Shown in pieces: positions 32,101 through 44,396 of a stretch of 64,000 nt of DNA. This DNA comes from Asterias rubens (taxonomy: Eukaryota), in the NCBI RefSeq assembly GCF_902459465.1, contig NC_047071.1, positions 9,796,001 to 9,860,000 on the forward strand. The letters run 5' to 3'. Every line of letters begins with the position of its first letter. Position 1 is the first letter of the stretch. The notes below the pieces were generated by a model, which worked only from the letters and a program-made list of their open reading frames with translations, made no database searches and was not told where the DNA came from. The position numbers and the translations under genes are program-made.

Positions 32101-32910
32101 ATTTCTTTTGTTGAAAGGATTTTACTTGTATACGTTTTGTTAACTAGTATTACATTTCCAACAATATTTATAATATTCATGGTCATAAACTACGTTAAAC
32201 TAAAATAATGGACGGACAAAAATGTCCCACGTAAAACTCCATAAGGTTTGGAACATAATGGTCTCGCAAGTTTAAATTCGCGCGAGACTTGCTTAGTCTA
32301 CACAGAAGGTATTAAATAATTTATTACAAGCAAATGCAATCGTACAATAATAGAAAACAAAAACAAAAAATCAATGCAAATCACATGTAGGGGATGGAGG
32401 GGCCCATAAAAAGCAAACCTTAACGAGTACGGACCCCCCCCCCCCCTTTTTTTTCAAACGAAGAAAGCAATGTAAGCAATTCTATTTAGTGGGTGTAATC
32501 TTATGTAGCGGCAAAACAATTCAAAATTACAGGAAGAACAAACACAAAAACAGTTAGCGTAAAATAAAACTTAACCATATATTTAAATGGAACAGATAAA
32601 CAAAATACCCAACATCATAATAAAACATAAAAGGGAACACTAGTTGTGTGATAAAAATAAATACTGGAGAAAATGGGCCCCACAACTCTTGCTGGGAAAA
32701 AAAACATGTCAAAATATACCATTGTTATCCATTAGAGACGAGGAGAGCGAGGAATCCAGCAAAAACACACGAAAATCCCATGGCTGGGACATCAGTTTAT
32801 ACACCAGAGAAATCTATTTTATGGATATTCTTTTGAATATTTTATTTTGTGCATATGGTCCGTAATTCATGGTACGTTGAACATAAGTGGGCGGTTGTAT
32901 CGACAGCAGA

Positions 32911-33300
32911 CTTTTATCCTTTTGATCACCATCAGCCCCATGTATAATAAACTTCAAGGGCTGACGATTGCACTTTTTGTATTGTCATTGTTAAACTCCG
33001 GTTCCATTGTGTGCTGTCTGTTACCCTCCACACATAGATTTTCTTGTGAATAGTAGCTGTGTATGATTCATGGTTCGCTGAATAATGTGGCGATAACATA
33101 CTTTTATCCTTTTGATCACCATCAGCCTTATGTATAATAAACTTCAAGGGCTGACGATTGCACTTTTGGTATTGTCATTGTTAAACTCCGGTTCCATTGT
33201 GTGCTGTCTGTTACCCTCCACACATAGATTTTCTTGTGAATAGTAGCTGTGTATGATTCATGGTTCGCTGAATAATGTGGCAATAACAAACTTTTATCAT
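32911..33300. repeat. 190-bp tandem duplication
   Basis: CTTTTATCCTTTTGATCACC starts at 32911 and 33101, with a partial third start at 33291. Confidence 0.93.
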
Positions 33301-33356
33301 TTTGAACTGAATGCTTGATTTATTATCTAGAGGTAAATGCTTAATGCCAGTAAGAG

Positions 33357-35362
33357 TGTCACAGGTTGTCTAATGGAAGCAGTGGGTAATAGTTGTTTTG
33401 TATATTTTGTGGTACTCTAAAATAAAGGGCCATGATTTGCTGTTGTAAATAGTGCTAACGCGAGCTGCTACTGTGCAACTGCTGGGGCAAGCGCTACTGG
33501 CTACTGTGCAGCTGCTACAGCTACTGTGTTGAAATGTTGTAAATAGTTTGGACAGGTGGGCAAGTGCTACTGTGCAGCAGTAAAACGTGCAATGCAAGCA
33601 CAAAGGTTTTTTGTTAGGGGCGGTCCTTTGTTTTCCTTGGGGTGTTGGCTCTCAGGAATGTCTTGAGAATTTCACTGGTATGCTTGAGTGTAGATAGTGG
33701 TGGTGGTGTATATGAATGGGAGAAAGTGAAGTGATGTGCAGAGTACCAGTTCTGAAGTGAGTGGGGTGATGTGTAGGAAGTTGGGGCTATGCATTTAGAG
33801 TTCTGCTTGCGTTGCTACAGCACAGATGTTAAGTTCTGGTGAGGCACAGAGGAGGACTGAGCTCGACAAATCGTAAGTTACGTTTAATTATGTTTATGGA
33901 GGAACCCATTGGATTGAAGTAGTATTTTTCATTCAATATAAAGCATTTTGTAAAAGCATTTTTGTTTAAAGTGATTGTTGGTCCAAAAGCGGAGAATTGC
34001 AAGTTTGATAATTTTTCATTGTTTTATTGGAAAGCGTGCCGATACCATCCCATAATGTTAGCGACCTTGTTCTTGTACAGTTTTGGTTCATTTTTAATTA
34101 TTATAGATGGCCCTTATCCACCCGACTTTTAAAGTCCGGGAGTGACTGCTCGGACGCCCCTGATGACATGATAAATCACATGGGACCGTCACGCCAACGT
34201 TTTCATCACTAGAGTGGAGTTGGAACTTAACCGATGGCAGGGTTTTCTAGAGCTGGAAACACAGAATGCACAGATGAACATCCAATGAACAGTGCACTTC
34301 TCACGACCATTGAGGAACTCTGATATTGTAGACTCAGGAGAATTAACGAGCCTAAGGAGTGGTGTGAGCCTTAGAGTAGACAGTTTGTTAAATATTGTTG
34401 GAATTATTGAGAAGTTGCAAAGTATTGGAGATATTGTTGAATTATTGAGGACTTCAAAGTACCGGAGATATATTGTTGGAACTATTGAGAAGTTGCAAAG
34501 TATTGGAGATATTGTTGAATTATTGAGAATTTCAAAGTACCGGAGATATATTGTTGGAATTATTGAGAAGTTGCAAAGTATTGGAGATATTGTTGAATTA
34601 TTGAGAATTTCAAAGTACCGGAGATATATTGTTGAAATTAGTGAGAAGTTGCAAAGTATTGGAGATATTGTTGAAATATTGAGAATTTCAAAGTACCGGA
34701 GATATATTGTTGGAATTATTGAGAAGTTGCAAAGTATTGGAGATATTGTTGAATTATTGAGAATTTCAAAGTACCGGAGATATATTGTTGAAATTAGTGA
34801 GAAGTTGCAAAGTATTGGAGATATTGTTGAAATATTGAGAATTTCAAAGTACCGGAGATATATTGTTGAAATTATTGAGAAGTTGCAAAGTATTGGAGTT
34901 ATTGTTGAATTATTGAGAATTTCAAAGTACCGGAGATATATTGTTGAAATTATTGAGAAGTTGCAAAGTATTGGAGATATTGTTGCATTATTGAGAATTT
35001 GCAAAGTACCGGAGATATATTGTTGAAATTATTGAGAAGTTGGAGATCGAGGTGATCAAGGCGTAGAAACTTGAATCAACTACTGGCGAGTTAAGGTTAC
35101 TTGAAGCCAGTAACTGTAACTCACAAGTTTAAGAGTCGGGTTGACTCAATTTAAGGTTTGGAATGAGTGAATTTTGGAAGTTGAATTTATTGTTTTTTGA
35201 GGTGTGGCCACTGGAAATAATTCAGATTGCAGAAGAGTTGCGTTGTAAATAAATTGTAATATTTTGTAAATATAATCTCTAATGGCTTGAGTGCAAATTT
35301 ATTTCTGCAGTGTTGGTTTCTTCCTCGGTTGCAACAACAACCCCGATGGGTTGGTTGTGACA
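33357..35362 (+). repeat. 5' LTR (2006 bp) with eight 78-bp units at ~34392-35041
   Basis: TGTCAC..GTGACA; matches the 3' LTR at offset 7063 before and 7373 after the array; AATAAA at 35248. Confidence 0.96.
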
Positions 35363-35365
35363 TTT

Positions 35366-35382
35366 TGGGGGCTTGTCCGGGA
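35366..35382 (+). promoter_or_regulatory. Primer-binding site, tRNA-Pro type
   Basis: TGGGGGCTTGTCCGGGA, one C-to-T change from the tRNA-Pro PBS TGGGGGCTCGTCCGGGA, 3 nt after the LTR end. Confidence 0.85.
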
Positions 35383-35572
35383 AGACAATATTTAAATTGA
35401 GGAGAAAGGAAGACGCAGAATTAAGTTATTGTACTGCCTTACTGTTGATTGTTAAATGCATTTATTAACAGTTCTTATAAGTTTTCTTGTTCTAGATCTG
35501 TTCGGGCTCACTCCTCTCCGTGCCACTACAGTCAAGCTCGCAGCGTGTGCGCGTGGCCGCGATCCAAGCAAA

Positions 35573-38500
35573 ATGGATCTGAACAGGTTAGTGAAGTTGG
35601 GAAAAGAGTTGAGTTTAGAAGGGGAGGACTTGAGAACATTTGTGAGTGAAGGACAAGAGCGTGTGACAATAGAGCGGAAAGAGAAACAGGCAGAAGAGAG
35701 AGAAGCTCGTGCCCAATTGTTAGAGATAAAGCGTGAAGAGAGAGAAACTGCCGAGTTGCAATTGAAATTACAGGTCCAGAAATCTCAAGAAATGTCGGGT
35801 CAGAAAACAGGTAGCAAGTCATTTTCACCTAAATTGCCGCATTTTGATGATGAAAAGGATGAATTAGATGCCTACCTGCAGCGATTCGAGCGATACGCGA
35901 CTGTGCAAAGTTGGCCAAAATCAAACTGGGCAGTGAATCTAAGCGCTCTTTTGAGAGGCAAGGCTCTCGCTGTTTACTCTAGATTGTCTATTGATGAGTC
36001 ATCTGAATATAGTAGCCTGAAGGATGCTTTGTTAAAAAGATACAATTTGACAGAGGAGGGTTTCAGAAGAAAGTTTCGTTCTGCCCGACCGGACAAATTT
36101 GAAAATCCGAAACAATTCATTGTGAGACTTGAAAATTATTTACACAGGTGGATTGAATTATCTAAGGTAGATCTTGATTTTGATGGCGTGAAGGATCTGT
36201 TGTTACGAGAGCAATTTGTTAATGGATGTAGCCTTGACTTATCTTTATTTTTAAAGGAAAGACAACCCAAGACCATACAGGCGGTGGCTGAACTTGCTGA
36301 GCAGTACAGTGAAGCTAGAGGAGGAGTATTTGGATATGATGTAGCTAATGGTTCTTTTAATCGTAGGGCTGATAATAGAGGGAAAGACCAATACCAGTAT
36401 CAACAACATCAGCAACCCAATCAGAAATTCCACAGTGTGAGTAAACCAACCAGTAATGACAGACAAGTAGGCGGAAGAGGTCCACCTCCCCATTTGAGTA
36501 GGCCAAGTACTGCAAATTTCACTAACAGAGAACAAAGATCATGTTTTCTTTGTCATAAGACAGGTCACCTTGCGAGAAACTGTTTTAAGAACACTCAACA
36601 GACCAGAGTGGCAGGACTTGTTGACTACGATGATTCCTTTTATGTGCAGACGTCATCAGCCAATGAACAACCTCATTCTGCATCAGCGGCTCAGGAGAAT
36701 GATCAAACTCAGGGTAACACCGGAGCAGCATCTAACCAAACTGAACGGGTTGCATGTATGTATATTGTTGACAAAAGAAATCTTGATCAATGTTGTTTTA
36801 ATGAGGGTATAGTCACCTTACAGTGCGGGCATAAGCTGCCTTGGACAAGTGCAGCATGCAGAGTTGAAGATGTAAAAGTAATGCCAGTAGCCAAGGGTAA
36901 ACTTGGAAGCAATAGTGTATCAGTTCTTCGTGATACAGGTTGCTCAGGAGTAGTCGTTCGTAGAAGTCTTGTCTCAGATAACCAGCTCACAGGCGCAAGC
37001 AAGTATTGTGTCCTTGTTGACGGTACCGTACAACAGTTAGCAGTTGCTAAGATTTTCATTGATTCACCATACTATGTTGGAACTGTTGAGGCCTTGTGCA
37101 TGACTAACCCTATTTATGAGGTCATAGTAGGTAACATTCCAGAAGCACGTGAACCTGGCAAACCGAATGATGACTGGAGGTATAAAGAAGACGAGAGGGA
37201 TGAGAGGCAGGCATCAGAGCAGAAAGTAGCAACCCACCTTGAGATCCACGCCGTTCAGACAAGAGCACAAAAGGCAGCAGAAGATAAACCTCTTCCAGCA
37301 TTGAAGGTTCCAAGTAGTCTACCAGAGGTCACAGCCGACGAAATGAGACGTGCTCAACAAGATGATCACAGCTTACATAGGGTAAGAGAATTTGCAGCTT
37401 CAGGGGTAACTACAGTCAGTAAGGGTGAAAACTCTTCTCATTTCTTTATGAAGAAAGGGCTCATTCATAGACAGTTTTCTAGTCCCAGAGTAGATGGTGG
37501 AGACTTGATTACTCAACTGGTAGTTCCACAACCTCATCGTACATCAGTAATGAAGTTAGCTCATGAATCCATATTAGGTGGTCATTTAGGTTCTAGGAAG
37601 ACAGAAGATAAAGTTCTTTCGAATTTCTTTTGGCCAGGGGTGCAGTCCGACGTCCGTCGCTATTGCCAATCTTGCGACATCTGTCAACGAACTATTGCAA
37701 AAGGTAAAACTACCAGGGTCCCTCTTGGTCGCATGCCATTGATAGATGAACCATTCCAACGTGTAGCTGTAGACCTTGTAGGTCCAATTTCACCCATTAC
37801 CGATAGAGGCAACCGTTACATACTTACCTGTGTAGATTACGCCACACGATACCCAGAGGCAATTCCCCTCAAAAGTATTGAAACGCATCGAGTAGCTGAG
37901 GCACTTGTCGAGATATTTACCAGAGTAGGGATACCTAGGGAAATACTGACAGATCAGGGTACCCAATTTACATCAGGACTCATGAAGGAGATTAGTCGAC
38001 TTCTTTCCCTTAGACAACTCATGACGACCCCCTACCATCCATCTTGCAACGGGTTAGTGGAAAGATTTAATGGGACATTGAAACAGATGCTAAAACGACT
38101 ATGTTCAGAGAAGCCAAAAGACTGGGATCGCTACATAGGCCCACTTTTGTTTGCCTATAGAGAAACTCCTCATTCAAGTTTGGGTTTTGCTCCCTTTGAG
38201 TTATTGTATGGCAGAACTGTTAGAGGCCCAATGGCTATTCTCAGAGAACTTTGGTCAGGTGACGTCACAAATCCAGAAGTGAAGACTACCTATGAATATG
38301 TTGTAGACCTGAGGAGTCGTATAGAGGACACATGTAAATTGGCCCATGAAGAACTCAGAAAATCATCACAGCGGTACAAGAAGTACTATGAAAGGAAATC
38401 TAGACCTCGCCAGTTCAAAGAAGGAGACAATGTATTGTTGTTGCTCCCAACAGACCACAACAAGTTGTTGATGCATTGGAAAGGTCCGTTCACTGTAACC

Positions 38501-40171
38501 AAAAGATTGGGTAGTTGTGACTACAAGATTGACTTGAATGGTAAACTAAAAACCTTTCACATTAACCTTCTTAAGCAGTATGTAGAACGTCTAACTGAAA
38601 CTAGTTCTGTACAATCTTGTTGTTTCCTAAGTCAGGTTGAAGGTGTTCTAGATGTTGCAGCAACTTCAGTCATTGAGCCAGAAATTGACGATGATGATGA
38701 CTTTTCCAACATGCGAGTACCTGCAGACGAGTCATTGCAGCTACCAACTCTAACAGCAAAAGAGTCACTCAAAGATGTGCAGATTGATGCACAACTGTCA
38801 GTAGATCAACAACGTCAGGTGAAATGTCTGTTGAAGAAGTATGAGATGGCACTCACGGATCTACCAGGACGTTGTAAGTTTTCCGAACTTGACATTCAAC
38901 TAACAACATTAGACCCAGTTAGGTCGAAGCCTTACCCTCTACCACATGCCCTTCGAAACACAGTGTCCGAAGAAATCAGGGCAATGCTTGATATGGATGT
39001 CATTGAAAGGTCCAACTCTCCCTATGCATCCCCGATTGTCTTAGTTAGCAAAAAGGATGGATCGCAACGCTTTTGTATAGATTTCAGAAGGTTGAACCGA
39101 GTGACAGTGTTCGATGCAGAGCCAATGCCAGATGCAGAAGAAATTTTCAGTAAACTTTCAGGAGATAAGTATTTTTCCAAGATTGATCTCAGTAAGGGGT
39201 ACTGGCAGATTCCTCTAAGCGAAGCCACCAAAGAAAAGACCAGTTTCATTAGTCCTGAAGGCTTGTTTCAGTTTAAAACGATGCCATTTGGCCTTGTGAA
39301 TGCCCCTGCCATTTTCAGTCGTATGATGCGTATTCTCCTTCAAGATGTAGCCAACGTCACAAACTTCATCGATGATATCTTGATCCACACCAGCACATGG
39401 GCAGAGCACATCAAGGTACTTGAACAGGTGCTCAGAAGATTGAAGGATGCTGGACTCACAGCTAGACCCACGAAATGTCTCATTGGGTACACCAAGTTAG
39501 AATTTCTCGGTCACAGGGTAGGACAAGGTTTACTAGAACCACTCTCAGAAAAGGTCAACAAGGTTCAAGATGCTCCCAGACCCAAAACCAAGAAGCAGCT
39601 AAGATCGTTCCTGGGCTTAACCGGATATTATAGAAGATTCATCCCCAACTATTCAGCAATTGCCGCACCACTTACGGACAAGACGAAGAAGAGAGAACCC
39701 AACCACATCATATGGGAAAACAGTCAAGAATTTGCTTTTAGATCCCTAAAATCTTGCCTTGTGAAAGCTCCTGTACTTCACTTACCTGATATTAATCAAC
39801 CTTTCATTCTTCAGACAGATGCGTCGGATATCGGCCTAGGCGCCGTATTGTTACAGACTCATGGGGGAGAGAAGTTCCCAGTGGCCTATGCATCCCGTAA
39901 ACTTCTTCCACGGGAGTGTGCTTATTCCACCATCGAGCGAGAATGTTTGGCGATTGTCTGGGCAGTGCAGAAGTTTCAAACTTACTTGTACGGTATTGAA
40001 TTTGTCCTTCAGACTGATCATCAACCACTTGCATACCTCAACCAAGCTAAGTCTTCAAATTCCCGTATTATGCGATGGGCACTGCAATTACAACCCTACC
40101 GGTTTAGAATACAGTCAATTAAGGGTACAGAGAACGTCGGTGCAGACTATCTAAGTAGAATTTCATCTTGA
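35573..40171 (+). CDS. Gag-Pol polyprotein, 1532 aa from first ATG: Gag, CCHC knuckle, protease, integrase, RT, RNase H
   Basis: CFLCHKTGHLARNC; LRDTGCS; AHESILGGH..CDIC with VDLVGP, TDQGTQF, GLVERFNGTLK, WKGPF; RFCIDFRRLN, FIDDIL; LQTDAS; no stop or frameshift. Confidence 0.97.
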   Translation: MDLNRLVKLGKELSLEGEDLRTFVSEGQERVTIERKEKQAEEREARAQLLEIKREERETAELQLKLQVQKSQEMSGQKTGSKSFSPKLPHFDDEKDELDAYLQRFERYATVQSWPKSNWAVNLSALLRGKALAVYSRLSIDESSEYSSLKDALLKRYNLTEEGFRRKFRSARPDKFENPKQFIVRLENYLHRWIELSKVDLDFDGVKDLLLREQFVNGCSLDLSLFLKERQPKTIQAVAELAEQYSEARGGVFGYDVANGSFNRRADNRGKDQYQYQQHQQPNQKFHSVSKPTSNDRQVGGRGPPPHLSRPSTANFTNREQRSCFLCHKTGHLARNCFKNTQQTRVAGLVDYDDSFYVQTSSANEQPHSASAAQENDQTQGNTGAASNQTERVACMYIVDKRNLDQCCFNEGIVTLQCGHKLPWTSAACRVEDVKVMPVAKGKLGSNSVSVLRDTGCSGVVVRRSLVSDNQLTGASKYCVLVDGTVQQLAVAKIFIDSPYYVGTVEALCMTNPIYEVIVGNIPEAREPGKPNDDWRYKEDERDERQASEQKVATHLEIHAVQTRAQKAAEDKPLPALKVPSSLPEVTADEMRRAQQDDHSLHRVREFAASGVTTVSKGENSSHFFMKKGLIHRQFSSPRVDGGDLITQLVVPQPHRTSVMKLAHESILGGHLGSRKTEDKVLSNFFWPGVQSDVRRYCQSCDICQRTIAKGKTTRVPLGRMPLIDEPFQRVAVDLVGPISPITDRGNRYILTCVDYATRYPEAIPLKSIETHRVAEALVEIFTRVGIPREILTDQGTQFTSGLMKEISRLLSLRQLMTTPYHPSCNGLVERFNGTLKQMLKRLCSEKPKDWDRYIGPLLFAYRETPHSSLGFAPFELLYGRTVRGPMAILRELWSGDVTNPEVKTTYEYVVDLRSRIEDTCKLAHEELRKSSQRYKKYYERKSRPRQFKEGDNVLLLLPTDHNKLLMHWKGPFTVTKRLGSCDYKIDLNGKLKTFHINLLKQYVERLTETSSVQSCCFLSQVEGVLDVAATSVIEPEIDDDDDFSNMRVPADESLQLPTLTAKESLKDVQIDAQLSVDQQRQVKCLLKKYEMALTDLPGRCKFSELDIQLTTLDPVRSKPYPLPHALRNTVSEEIRAMLDMDVIERSNSPYASPIVLVSKKDGSQRFCIDFRRLNRVTVFDAEPMPDAEEIFSKLSGDKYFSKIDLSKGYWQIPLSEATKEKTSFISPEGLFQFKTMPFGLVNAPAIFSRMMRILLQDVANVTNFIDDILIHTSTWAEHIKVLEQVLRRLKDAGLTARPTKCLIGYTKLEFLGHRVGQGLLEPLSEKVNKVQDAPRPKTKKQLRSFLGLTGYYRRFIPNYSAIAAPLTDKTKKREPNHIIWENSQEFAFRSLKSCLVKAPVLHLPDINQPFILQTDASDIGLGAVLLQTHGGEKFPVAYASRKLLPRECAYSTIERECLAIVWAVQKFQTYLYGIEFVLQTDHQPLAYLNQAKSSNSRIMRWALQLQPYRFRIQSIKGTENVGADYLSRISS

Positions 40172-40404
40172 GTGAAACAACCGAAAAATGCTAGGCATGT
40201 TCCTGGGATATTTTTTTTTTTTTCGGTATTAACCAATGGTTTTGTTTGACTTGCAGGTCGCTATTTAACTTTGTGCTTTACATTTCAGGAGAAGGTTGAA
40301 GACCAGGGAGCTGTCGCTGAAGTGTTAAGTATTTGTATATATTCCCTGAAGTGCCAAGTATTTGTATATTCATAAAAAAATTAACTATAATTTTTTTTTC
40401 CCCC

Positions 40405-40418
40405 AAGGAGGAAGGGAA
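40405..40418 (+). promoter_or_regulatory. Polypurine tract
   Basis: AAGGAGGAAGGGAA, 1 nt before the 3' LTR TG at 40420. Confidence 0.85.
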
Positions 40419-40419
40419 T

Positions 40420-42735
40420 TGTCACAGGTTGTCTAATGGAAGCAGTGGGTAATAGTTGTTTTGTATATTTTGTGGTACTCTAAAATATAGGGCCATGATT
40501 TGCTGTTGTAAATAGTGCTAACGCGAGCTGCTACTGTGCAACTGCTGGGGCAAGCGCTACTGGCTACTGTGCAGCTGCTACAGCTACTGTGTTGAAATGT
40601 TGTAAATAGTTTGGACAGGTGGGCAAGTGCTACTGTGCAGCAGTAAAACGTGCAATGCAAGCACAAAGGTTTTTTGTTAGGGGCGGTCCTTTGTTTTCCT
40701 TGGGGTGTTGGCTCTCAGGAATGTCTTGAGAATTTCACTGGTATGCTTGAGTGTAGATAGTGGTGGTGGTGTATATGAATGGGAGAAAGTGAAGTGATGT
40801 GCAGAGTACCAGTTCTGAAGTGAGTGGGGTGATGTGTAGGAAGTTGGGGCTATGCATTTAGAGTTCTGCTTGCGTTGCTACAGCACAGATGTTAAGTTCT
40901 GGTGAGGCACAGAGGAGGACTGAGCTCGACAAATCGTAAGTTACTTTTAATTATGTTTATGGAGGAACCCATTGGATTGAAGTAGTATTTTTCATTCAAT
41001 ATAAAGCATTTTGTAAAAGCATTTTTGTTTAAAGTGATTGTTGGTCCAAAAGCGGAGAATTGCAAGTTTGATAATTTTTCATTGTTTTATTGGAAAGCGT
41101 GCCGATACCATCCCATAATGTTAGCGACCTTGTTCTTGTACAGTTTTGGTTCATTTTTAATTATTATAGATGGCCCTTATCCACCCGACTTTTAAAGTCC
41201 GGGAGTGACTGCTCGGACGCCCCTGATGACATGATAAATCACATGGGACCGTCACGCCAACATTTTCATCACTAGAGTGGAGTTGGAACTTAACCGATGG
41301 CAGTGTTTTCTAGAGCTGGAAACACAGAATGCACAGATGAACATCCAATGAACAGTGCACATCTCACGACCATTGAGGAACTCTGATATTGTAGACTCAG
41401 GAGAATTAACGAGCCTAAGGAGTGGTGTGAGCCTTAGAGTAGACAGTTTGTTAAATATTGTTGGAATTATTGAGAAGTTGCAAAGTATTGGAGATATTGT
41501 TGAATTATTGAGGACTTCAAAGTACCGGAGATATATTGTTGGAATTATTGAGAAGTTGCAAAGTATTGGAGATATTGTTGCATTATTGAGAATTTCAAAG
41601 TACCGGAGATATTGTTGGAATTATTGAGAAGTTGCAAAGTATTGGAGATATTGTTGAATTATTGAGAATTTCAAAGTACCGGAGATATATTGTTGGAATT
41701 ATTGAGAAGTTGCAAAGTATTGGAGATATTGTTGCATTATTGAGAATTTCAAAGTACCGGAGATATATTGTTGGAATTATTGAGAAGTTGCAAAGTATTG
41801 GGGATATTGTTGCATTATTGAGAATTTCAAAGTACCGGAGATATATTGTTGGAATTATTGAGAAGTTGCAAAGTATTGGAGATATTGTTGCATTATTGAG
41901 AATTTCAAAGTACCGGAGATATATTGTTGGAATTATTGAGAAGTTGCAAAGTATTGGAGATATTGTTGAATTATTGAGAATTTCAAAGTACCGGAGATAT
42001 ATTGTTGAAATTATTGAGAAGTTGCAAAGTATTGGAGATATTGTTGAATTATTGAGAATTTCAAAGTACCGGAGATATATTGTTGGAATTATTGAGAAGT
42101 TGCAAAGTATTGGAGATATTGTTGAATTATTGAGAATTTCAAAGTACCGGAGATATATTGTTGAAATTAGTGAGAAGTTGCAAAGTATTGGAGATATTGT
42201 TGAAATATTGAGAATTTCAAAGTACCGGAGATATATTGTTGAAATTATTGAGAAGTTGCAAAGTATTGGAGTTATTGTTGAATTATTGAGAATTTCAAAG
42301 TACCGGAGATATATTGTTGAAATTATTGAGAAGTTGCAAAGTATTGGAGTTATTGTTGCATTATTGAGAATTTGCAAAGTACCGGAGATATATTGTTGAA
42401 ATTATTGAGAAGTTGGAGATCGAGGTGATCAAGGCGTAGAAACTTGAATCAACTACTGGCGAGTTAAGGTTACTTGAAGCCAGTAACTGTAACTCACAAC
42501 TTTAAGAGTCGGGTTGACTCAATTTAAGGTTTGGAATGAGTGAATTTTGGAAGTTGATTTTATTGTTTTTTGAGGTGTGGCCACTGGAAATAATTCAGAT
42601 TGCAGAAGAGTTGCGTTGTAAATAAATTGTAATATTTTGTAAATATAATCTCTTATGGCTTGAGTGCAAATTTATTTCTGCAGTGTTGGTTTCTTCCTCG
42701 GTTGCAACAACAACCCCGATGGGTTGGTTGTGACA
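40420..42735 (+). repeat. 3' LTR (2316 bp) with twelve 78-bp units at ~41455-42414
   Basis: 310 bp longer than the 5' LTR, equal to 4 x 78 minus a 2-bp deletion near 41610. Confidence 0.96.
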
Positions 42736-44096
42736 AAGAGTATTGTGCACGTACACCGTGAAGTTTTTGTTGGAAACCGTTCGCTAGCAGCCATTTATGT
42801 TACCCTTTGAAATAAAATCAGAAAATTTATAAGTTTGCTTGTTGCATAAAATTAAATTGAAGATGATGCCTGAATTGTTTTTTACAATCAGAGTTGGACT
42901 CTAGACTGACGTGTTGGACTCCTTGAACACTCCAAGTGGTTCAATAGGTAGTGCAATTCCAATACTTATGCTGATGTTCTTATGATGTCAGCATCAACAG
43001 GAAGTTCCAACAACTTTGTCCCCTTGTACAATTAAATATGCAAATATGGGTCACGTGGTTAATTAATAACGATTTTTAATTTTTTTGGGGGTCTGTGGTT
43101 TGATGTTTGATCTAGTAAAAGTTGATTTCACAGAACTCTTAACCACCAAACTCTGCGCTTATGGTCACCATTTTTCGCTTACTGTGTTTTTAAACATCAT
43201 CGTGTCATTCATGCACACAGGTTTTGTTGGGCTAACATTTGAGAAAAAGAAAAGGCAACACTATCGATATAAAGATAAGAATCAAACTTAAATATTACAA
43301 AAAGAAATATATTTTTAGCTTTGGGGGATAAAAAAATATTGATTTCGGACGGAGATTCGAACTCGCACATGTCAGATGTGTAGTCGCGACTGATGACCAC
43401 TAGGCTAGAAGGGCACGATGTAAAAATGGTGGGTTTTTCGCATGTGGATCAACAGAGGGGATTATGATCCGGCGAAATAATTCTCGTTTCATGATTTTAC
43501 TACCATTGTCACTAAATATGAACTGCTAACGCCTATAACTATTAAGTAGGGTTGAAATGTAGTATTAGATGCCTTAAGGGGGTTTTTGACGACGACGTCG
43601 ATGTCGTCAAAAACCCCTATCTAATTACGCACGTTCGTTTTAACGAAACCCATGCACAGAGTAATTGGTCCAGAACGCGGTTAGAAAAACAAGGACAAAT
43701 TTAACGCACGTTCTTACGAAAATCCCAAACCTCCGTACTTTGTGCGTGTACAGAGTAATGTGTCCAGAACGCGGGTAGGAAACAAAATAGTATAGACTCC
43801 TCTCAAAAAGTCAACAACTCATTAAGGTACATACTGTGTTGTATTACCAAAGAGAATGTTTCACAATAACATGAAAGTGACTGCATCAAGTTTACAAATT
43901 AAAAATTCAAATGAAGACCACGTGGTTAATTAATTAAGAATTTTAACACTTTTTTGTTAGAGTAAAGCTTATGTTCTAAGCTTCAATTTGATATATGATT
44001 TAACTATTTTATCCTCATACTTTAGGAGTAGGGGCCTGAACAAAAACGCTGTACAAACGCTATGGGGTTTTAGGCGGAAACAAAGAATAATAATAA

Positions 44097-44390
44097 TAAC
44101 TAGACATCAAGTGTTTGTGAACAAACACAGAGCTGTTCCTTTTTAATTTTCAAGGTTCAAGGGGTCTATAATTGAAAAGAAACTGAAGATAGGTTGCATG
44201 GTTCTTGAGATATGGTCCCACTTCCGGTTGACCCGGAAGTAAAGGTCAATTTGGGGTCAAGGTAATCCAAGTTCAATCTTTAGAGCTCAAAGGGTCTATA
44301 ACTGAAAAGAACTTGAACATTGGTTGTGCAGTTCTTGAGATAAGGTCCCACTTCCGGTTGACCCGGAAATAAAGGTCAACATAGGGTCAT
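44097..44390. mobile_element. Non-autonomous element with ~130-bp tandem subrepeats (Helentron/HINE-like, tentative)
   Basis: (TAA)n-CTAGAC start; two copies of GGTCCCACTTCCGGTTGACCCGGAA.TAAAGGTCAA; same motif at ~31626-31660. Confidence 0.45.
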
Positions 44391-44396
44391 ACCTAC

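Larger units (their letters stand above)
33357..42735 (+). mobile_element. Full-length Gypsy (Gmr1-type) LTR retrotransposon, 9379 bp
   Basis: TG..CA LTRs, 5-bp TSD AAGAG (33352-33356 and 42736-42740), PBS, single gag-pol ORF, PPT. Confidence 0.97.

Noticed and set aside
35456-35572. ORF-track N-terminal extension of Gag-Pol
   Set aside because: It begins at a non-ATG codon; the first ATG is 35573 (MDLNRLV).
34189-42399. 244-271-aa repeat ORFs in the LTR arrays as an accessory or env-like gene
   Set aside because: They start at GTG/TTG rather than ATG, the 3' LTR copy is frameshifted, and open frames are expected from a 78-bp unit.
43347-43414. tRNA-like sequence on the minus strand (A and B boxes)
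   Set aside because: The acceptor and anticodon stems do not pair; it is best read as a SINE head or tRNA pseudogene remnant.
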